From Polyangiaceae bacterium (GTDB lineage: Bacteria > Myxococcota_A > Polyangia > Polyangiales > Polyangiaceae): 64,000 bases of DNA. Positions 58,774 to 64,000 of the stretch are shown here, one piece after another. Position 1 is the stretch's first letter; each line of letters begins with the position of its first letter. A model generated the notes under the pieces. It saw only the letters and a program-made list of their open reading frames with translations. It did no database searches and was not told the DNA's origin. The DNA lies in NCBI GenBank assembly GCA_044376115.1, contig JBILLK010000003.1, positions 320,001 through 384,000 on the forward strand. Reading direction: 5' to 3'. A program made the translations under genes and the position numbers.

Positions 58774-59409
58774 TCATTCGTGGTGGGGGGCCTTGCCGTT
58801 GGCTAGCCCTTCCACAAACGCTGCGATTCGCTTCTGCCGACCTGCTTCGGTCTTGAGCGAGTTCAGGCGAAAGGCCATGGCGAAGCGGCTCACCTTGCTT
58901 AGGGAAGCGAGGGTTGCTGCGGCCTTGGCGTTCTTTGCAATGGCGGCCAGCAGATCGGCTGGGAGTTCCATCTTGCTCTGACCCGCGTAGGCGTTATCCC
59001 AGCGCCCATCTCGTTTGGCCGCCTCCACGTGCTTGCGCCCATGATCGTTCATGCGGCCCTCGCGCTCGAGCCGCGCCACGTGCTCGCGATTGATCTGGCT
59101 CCACACGCTCTTGGCTCTGCGCGGCGTGAAGCGCTGCAAGAAGGACTGCTGGTCGAACGACTTCTTCAACCCGTCGATCCACCCCCAACAAAGCGCAACA
59201 TCGAGCGCCTCTGCATAGCTGACGGTGGGCAGCCCCGAGCCCTTCTTGTGCACCTTGAGCCATAGCTCCGTCTCGCGATCATGGTTTTGCGCGAGCCAGC
59301 GCTCGAACGACGGCGCGTCGGGGAAGGAGAGCGTCTTGTTCGGATCGGGAACGATGGGCATCCCCTTAGAACTAGCGCTGGTTTCCCTCGCTTTCGAGAC
59401 CCTTGCCAT
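58774..59409 (-). CDS. YdeI/OmpD-associated family protein
   Basis: ALCWGWIDG, RFTPRRAKSVWSQIN, AKRDGRW; start may be 59361. Confidence 0.85.
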   Translation of the reverse strand: MARVSKARETSASSKGMPIVPDPNKTLSFPDAPSFERWLAQNHDRETELWLKVHKKGSGLPTVSYAEALDVALCWGWIDGLKKSFDQQSFLQRFTPRRAKSVWSQINREHVARLEREGRMNDHGRKHVEAAKRDGRWDNAYAGQSKMELPADLLAAIAKNAKAAATLASLSKVSRFAMAFRLNSLKTEAGRQKRIAAFVEGLANGKAPHHE

Positions 59410-59438
59410 TCCGGGCGAAGGTCGGGATAGTGCTCGCC

Positions 59439-60365
59439 ATGTTGGACGTTTCGACGGGACTACTGGGGACGATGTTGGGCAGTGCGTTCGGCAAGGGCAA
59501 AGGTCCTGGCATCGGGACCGTGGCTGCCGGAGCCGCTGGCGTGGCCGCTGTTGGTGGTCTCAGCTACTTGGCCTACCAACATTTCACGAACAAGCCAGGT
59601 GCTGCTGGTCCCATGGGTGGACCTGCAGGAGCGCCCGGAGCTCCGGGGGCGCCCGGCGGCGGTTTCATGGACAACATCGTGGGTCGCTCGGACGGCCTGC
59701 AAACCAGCGGTTTCAGCGTGCCCGGGTACGAGTGGCAAACCGGCGGAGGCCAGGCCGCACAGCCGCAGCAGTCGTACCAGCAGCAGCCGTACCAGCAGCA
59801 GCCGTACCAGCAGCAGCCTGGTTACCAGCAGCAACCGCAGCAACCGTACGCGCAGCAGCCGTACCAGCAACAGCCGGCTCAGCCGTACCAGCAGCAGCCT
59901 GGTTACCAGCAGCAACCGCAGCAACCCCAAGCGCAACCCGCGCAAGGCTGGGGTTCCCCAGCGCAGCCGGCTGCCGCTGCGGCTCCCGTAGCAGCTGCAC
60001 CCGAGCAACCGCACCAAGCTCTGCTGCTCGTGCGAGCGATGATTGCGGCGGCCTTCGCTGATGGCGTGCTGGATGAGAAGGAGCGCGCTGACATCCTCGG
60101 TCGGCTCGAGCAAGCTGGCGTCACCCCGGAAGAGCGCAACCTCTTCTTGGCCGAGATGAACTCGCCGAAGCCGGTCACGTTGCTCACCTCCGAGGTGAAT
60201 TCGCCCGAGCTCGCCGAGCAGTTCTACATCGTCAGCGCGTTGGCCATCAACGCGGATACGCCCGCGGAGAAGGGCCATTTGATGATGCTTCCCACCTTGC
60301 TCAGGCTCTCCCCCGCGCAGGTCGACGCCATCCACCAGAAGACGGGGATTCCGAGGCCCGCCTGA
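59439..60365 (+). CDS. DUF533 / TerB-like protein with Gln-rich repeats
   Basis: LLLVRAMIAAAFADGVLDEKER; glycine-zipper N-terminus; QQPYQ repeats. Confidence 0.8.
   Translation: MLDVSTGLLGTMLGSAFGKGKGPGIGTVAAGAAGVAAVGGLSYLAYQHFTNKPGAAGPMGGPAGAPGAPGAPGGGFMDNIVGRSDGLQTSGFSVPGYEWQTGGGQAAQPQQSYQQQPYQQQPYQQQPGYQQQPQQPYAQQPYQQQPAQPYQQQPGYQQQPQQPQAQPAQGWGSPAQPAAAAAPVAAAPEQPHQALLLVRAMIAAAFADGVLDEKERADILGRLEQAGVTPEERNLFLAEMNSPKPVTLLTSEVNSPELAEQFYIVSALAINADTPAEKGHLMMLPTLLRLSPAQVDAIHQKTGIPRPA
59760..59930 (+). repeat. Intragenic tandem repeats encoding QQPYQ/QQPGYQ
   Basis: CAGCAGCCGTACCAG units; ~45-bp block duplicated at ~59801 and ~59882. Confidence 0.75.
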
Positions 60366-60366
60366 A

Positions 60367-60681
60367 ATGGCCAAGCCGAAACGCGCACGTACCGTGAGGC
60401 GGGCCGTGGACTCGGACGTTCGCAAGTTCCGCGAGCACGCCGTCAAGGTCTACGCGTTCGAAGCTGGAGGCTCGCCGGCCAAGCCGATCGTGATCGGTGG
60501 TGCGTCGCAAATCGAAGCGGATGCTGAAGGCCTCGCTTGCCCTTTTTGCCGAGCGACGATGCGTGTTTCGGCTCATGACGCGATTGAAGAAGAAGGGCGG
60601 CGCTTGCGCAGGGTGTCGCTGATCTGTCGCGGTTGCCACACGCCGTGGCAGCGCTTTTACACGCTTGCGGTGCTCAACTGA
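60367..60681 (+). CDS. Hypothetical zinc-ribbon protein
   Basis: CPFC...CRGC; tightly coupled to both neighbours. Confidence 0.6.
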   Translation: MAKPKRARTVRRAVDSDVRKFREHAVKVYAFEAGGSPAKPIVIGGASQIEADAEGLACPFCRATMRVSAHDAIEEEGRRLRRVSLICRGCHTPWQRFYTLAVLN

Positions 60682-62264
60682 TGGAACCGAGTGCACGCCG
60701 CTTGTGGCTAATGCCGATGGGGCTCTTGGCCTTCGTCGCGGCTGCGGTCTTTGCCTCGCTCTACATCGTCGACGTGCTCGTTACAGGCGGTCCTTCCGGC
60801 AGCGGGTCGGGCGGAATTTGGGGCTACTTCCTCTTCGATCAGGACCACATCACTGACGCCGTTTCAGGCCTCGGGGCGATGGTCGCTGCGGTGCTCGGCA
60901 TCGTCATCACCGTGGTGTCGATCGTCGTGCAGCTCTCCGCCGAGCGCTACACCGGCGTCACGGCCATGTTCCTGCGCGACAAAACCAACATTCGCGTGAT
61001 GGCCTACTACGTCATCACCTGCGTATGCGGCGTGTGGGTCAGCTTGTCCGTGCGCGCTGAATTCGTGCCGCGCGCCACGCTGATCTTCATGCTGATGCTG
61101 ACCATCATCGGCTTGACCATGATGGCGCCTTACTTCGGCTACGTCTTTCGTTTCCTGGAACCCGCCAACATCGTGCGCCGCATTCAGTCGGAAGCAACGC
61201 GTACCGCCGTGCTCGGTGCGCAGGTGGACAAGAGCAAGTGCGCCGAAGCGCAGGCGCTCGCTCTGTCCGCTATGGAGGAGCTCTCGGACATCACCTCCAA
61301 TTCGATCTCGGGCAAAGACAAGATCATCGCCTCTCGCGCCGTGGACGCCCTCAAAGACATGGCCATCCGCTACATCGAGACCAAGGGCGCTGCGCGCAAG
61401 GAGTGGTTTGAGATCGGCGAATCGATCTGTGACAACCCGGACTTCGTCGCGATGGACCCCGAGAGCTTGAAGGACCTAGCGACCCGTCGCACCTGGTTCG
61501 AGTGGAAGATCATGCGGCAGTACCTGGGCATCTACAACGAGGCCCTCACGCAGATGCGGGAGATCAACTACCTGGTGGCGATCGACACACGCTACATCGG
61601 CGAGAAGGCCGCCGAGGCGAAAGACGAGCATCTGCTCGAGCTCGTGTTTCGCTTCATGAACAGCTACCTGCGCGCGACGCTGAACGCCAAAGACGTGCGC
61701 ACGGCCTACAACGTACTCAATCAGTACCGCATCCTGGCCGAGACCTTGCTCAGCAAAGGCCACGCGGAGCACGCCATAACGGCTGCTGGCTACATGAAGT
61801 ACTACGCCCTCGTCAGCTACGAGATGAAGCTCTCCTTCGTGACCGAGACGGTCGCTTACGACGTGGGCGCGCTCTGTCAGCTGGCGCACGACCTCAAGTC
61901 CCCGGCGGAGCAAAAAATCTTGTCGCTCTTCCTCGAGATCGATCGGCCGGGGCTCGAGCACGCACACGAGCTCGCGCTCAAAGGGGTGCGTAAAGCGCAG
62001 GTCAAGCTCGCGAGCTATTACGTGTGGGTCGGCGCGGATGCGCTCGCCACCATCATCTACGACGACATGGCCAGTGAAGTGCCGGAGCGGTTGCGCGCGA
62101 TTCGGGATGAGCTAGCTCGCGTAGAGTCCAAAGATTTCTGGGAGATTATCGACCGTGGCCGCAACTTCGAGTTCATGCCCGCGGCGCAGCGGGAGGCGAT
62201 GTTGCGCTTCTTTGACCGCTTTGCCAGCTTGCAAGAAGACGTGAAGGTTTCGGCGTCGGCCTAG
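60681..62264 (+). CDS. DUF2254-like membrane protein
   Basis: Four N-terminal TM segments with IVVQLSAERYT...FLRD; helical C-terminal domain. Confidence 0.7.
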   Translation: MEPSARRLWLMPMGLLAFVAAAVFASLYIVDVLVTGGPSGSGSGGIWGYFLFDQDHITDAVSGLGAMVAAVLGIVITVVSIVVQLSAERYTGVTAMFLRDKTNIRVMAYYVITCVCGVWVSLSVRAEFVPRATLIFMLMLTIIGLTMMAPYFGYVFRFLEPANIVRRIQSEATRTAVLGAQVDKSKCAEAQALALSAMEELSDITSNSISGKDKIIASRAVDALKDMAIRYIETKGAARKEWFEIGESICDNPDFVAMDPESLKDLATRRTWFEWKIMRQYLGIYNEALTQMREINYLVAIDTRYIGEKAAEAKDEHLLELVFRFMNSYLRATLNAKDVRTAYNVLNQYRILAETLLSKGHAEHAITAAGYMKYYALVSYEMKLSFVTETVAYDVGALCQLAHDLKSPAEQKILSLFLEIDRPGLEHAHELALKGVRKAQVKLASYYVWVGADALATIIYDDMASEVPERLRAIRDELARVESKDFWEIIDRGRNFEFMPAAQREAMLRFFDRFASLQEDVKVSASA

Positions 62265-62282
62265 CTGGGCTAGGTCTCCCGC

Positions 62283-63437
62283 ATGAACCGTTCATGGCTT
62301 GCCGCGTTCGTTCTGGCGCTCTCGGGGTGTGAAGCCGAGCCCGAGCAAGATAGCTCCTTCGCCACCGAGAAGAGCCCGTTCGCCGAGGGCTCGCGTGAAG
62401 CAAGAGCCGCGGTTGCGTTCTTGAACGACGCTGCAACTGACGCGGCGAGGCTCAAGTCCGCGGGGCTTTCCTCGACCTCCACCGCCAACGCGGTGCTTTC
62501 GCGTCGCAACGGTCCGGACGGCCAGTTGGGAACGAGCGATGACCGTCCGTTCGTCACGCTGGGCGAGTTCGATGCGATCAAGGGCATTGGGCCGGCCACT
62601 ATCAGCAAAGTGGCTGCCTACGCCCGTGCGCGTTCCTTCGGCAATGAGCGTGGGCGCTTCCATCAGGTCTACTTCACTGAGCAACAAGCCGATCTCGTGC
62701 TCGATCTCGCGAACACGGCGAGTGTGGCGCTGCTCGACAGTGAAACCAGCGTCGATTCGCGTGCGCTCAAGAACATCGAGGCCGCGCGCCCCATCCTTTC
62801 GATGGCGGAGCTGTCTTCGCTCTCGCGGGTGAAGGGCACGGCGCTTCGTCTGCTGCGTGACCACGCCGAAAAGAAGCTGGGCCCCATCGTTTGCACCCAT
62901 GAAGAGCCTTGCGCGAGCGGCCTGTTCTGCACCGATTCCGACAACACCGGCCACTGCGTCGACACCAGCGTCGATGGTTCGGGTGTGCCGTGTTCAGCGG
63001 AAGGCGTGTGCGGGCCCGAGCTGGTATGCGCTGGCCGCGCAGCGGACTTCACTGGCATCTGCAACCCTGCGTGGATGCACGCTGAGTTCGTCAATGAAGG
63101 CACCGGATCCATTCCGGACGGCCCCGACGGGGGTGTGGGCGTCAGCGTTCAGGCGCTGGGCATTGGCACCGTGCCTACCGACGCTGTGGTGCGGGTCCTC
63201 ATCGACCATCCGCGCCCTGACGATCTCGAGCTGACCTTGGAGAACTCCCAGGGCACCGTCGTTCCTGTGTGGTCCCCGGGAATGGGCGAGCTGCCGAACC
63301 TCGACGGCATCAAGGTGGGCGTCCCCGGCGATGAAGTGGCGAACGGAATGTGGACGTTGACCGTCTTCGACACGGTGGCTGGCGAGCAAGGGACGATCGA
63401 GCTCTTCACGCTGGAACTGACTTCGCGCTTCGACTGA
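62283..63437 (+). CDS. Lipoprotein with helix-hairpin-helix (ComEA-like) modules, Cys-rich linker and proprotein convertase P domain
   Basis: LSGC lipobox; FDAIKGIGPATI; C-terminal IDHPRPDDLELTL...NGMWTLTVFD...G. Confidence 0.75.
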   Translation: MNRSWLAAFVLALSGCEAEPEQDSSFATEKSPFAEGSREARAAVAFLNDAATDAARLKSAGLSSTSTANAVLSRRNGPDGQLGTSDDRPFVTLGEFDAIKGIGPATISKVAAYARARSFGNERGRFHQVYFTEQQADLVLDLANTASVALLDSETSVDSRALKNIEAARPILSMAELSSLSRVKGTALRLLRDHAEKKLGPIVCTHEEPCASGLFCTDSDNTGHCVDTSVDGSGVPCSAEGVCGPELVCAGRAADFTGICNPAWMHAEFVNEGTGSIPDGPDGGVGVSVQALGIGTVPTDAVVRVLIDHPRPDDLELTLENSQGTVVPVWSPGMGELPNLDGIKVGVPGDEVANGMWTLTVFDTVAGEQGTIELFTLELTSRFD

Positions 63438-63473
63438 AGGTCGCTCTCGCGCAAATTGGAGCGTTGTGCTGCA

Positions 63474-63905
63474 ATGAGACAGCGCATGGTGGGGAACTCA
63501 AGGGAAGAGGAGGCGGACTGCAGCGTCGAAGCGTCGTTCGCGTCGGCGTCTCACGTGGAGGACGTTTCCGAAGCTCTGGCTGAAGAAATCGAGACCTGCC
63601 TCGAGGACGGTCGGCTATCCGAGTCGCAGGAGGTCGCCGTCGCCGAGGAGCTGATACGCGAGCTGCGACTGCTCGGCTCGATGGTGGCGATGAACCCAGC
63701 GGATTTGGGTCGAGCGAGCGCGCTCGGCCAACTGCTCGACCGCGCGAATGACCTCGTGTGTCAGGCTCCACGGCCTACACCACCCGCTGGCGTCGACATG
63801 TTGCCGTCCCTGCTCGACTTCGACGGCTCTGATGAACACACAGCCGTCAAGCGTCCGAGTTGGGAGTGGTCGCGCAACACCAACCGTGTGCTCACCCGAA
63901 AATAG
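63474..63905 (+). CDS. Hypothetical protein
   Basis: Acidic ORF filling the gap; start uncertain. Confidence 0.45.
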   Translation: MRQRMVGNSREEEADCSVEASFASASHVEDVSEALAEEIETCLEDGRLSESQEVAVAEELIRELRLLGSMVAMNPADLGRASALGQLLDRANDLVCQAPRPTPPAGVDMLPSLLDFDGSDEHTAVKRPSWEWSRNTNRVLTRK

Positions 63906-63927
63906 GTCGGCGCTTAGCCGCGCTGGC

Positions 63928-64000
63928 TCAGTCTTTCGGTGCGACCTTCATCACGGTCAGCAGGAAAGCGTTGAGCGCCTTGGTTGCCTCGGGCCGCTTC
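63928..64000 (-). CDS. 3' end of an unidentified gene running off the window
   Basis: Open frame ...KRPEATKALNAFLLTVMKVAPKD-stop with typical codon usage. Confidence 0.4.
   Translation of the reverse strand, partial: KRPEATKALNAFLLTVMKVAPKD

Overview
A GC-rich chromosomal segment from a myxobacterium, probably Polyangiaceae/Sorangiineae. This is inferred from mglBA, an AgmX/PglI-type protein, an FHA-GAF sigma54 activator, a PilZ protein and many Cys-rich lipoproteins. Most of it is housekeeping: kbl, lepB, gpsA, mutS2, the rne/rng-PilZ-ribE-ribB-ribH-nusB cluster, pccB, alr, rimI, rpoZ, pyrH, a KamA-family enzyme, trkH/trkA and mglBA. The unusual material lies at about 23.3-32.7 kb. (1) A HUH/Y1 REP-associated tyrosine transposase (RAYT-like) is flanked by two ~100-130 bp hairpin (REPIN-like) elements, with a third dispersed copy 7.5 kb away; the element cores are inverted relative to their flanks. 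(2) A non-coding array has seven near-palindromic GGTTTAAACC-like boxes phased at 41-43 bp with unrelated spacers. (3) It lies upstream of two lipoprotein genes with nearly identical N-terminal halves and divergent C-terminal domains. (4) There is a duplicated cassette of four Cys-rich lipoproteins. (5) A 37-aa very basic ORF is missing from the ORF track. (6) An RNase E/G has a very large acidic/basic insert in its S1 domain and a long structured leader. An orphan tssM is also present. No rRNA, tRNA or true CRISPR array was seen. All calls come from reading motifs by eye; no database search was run.
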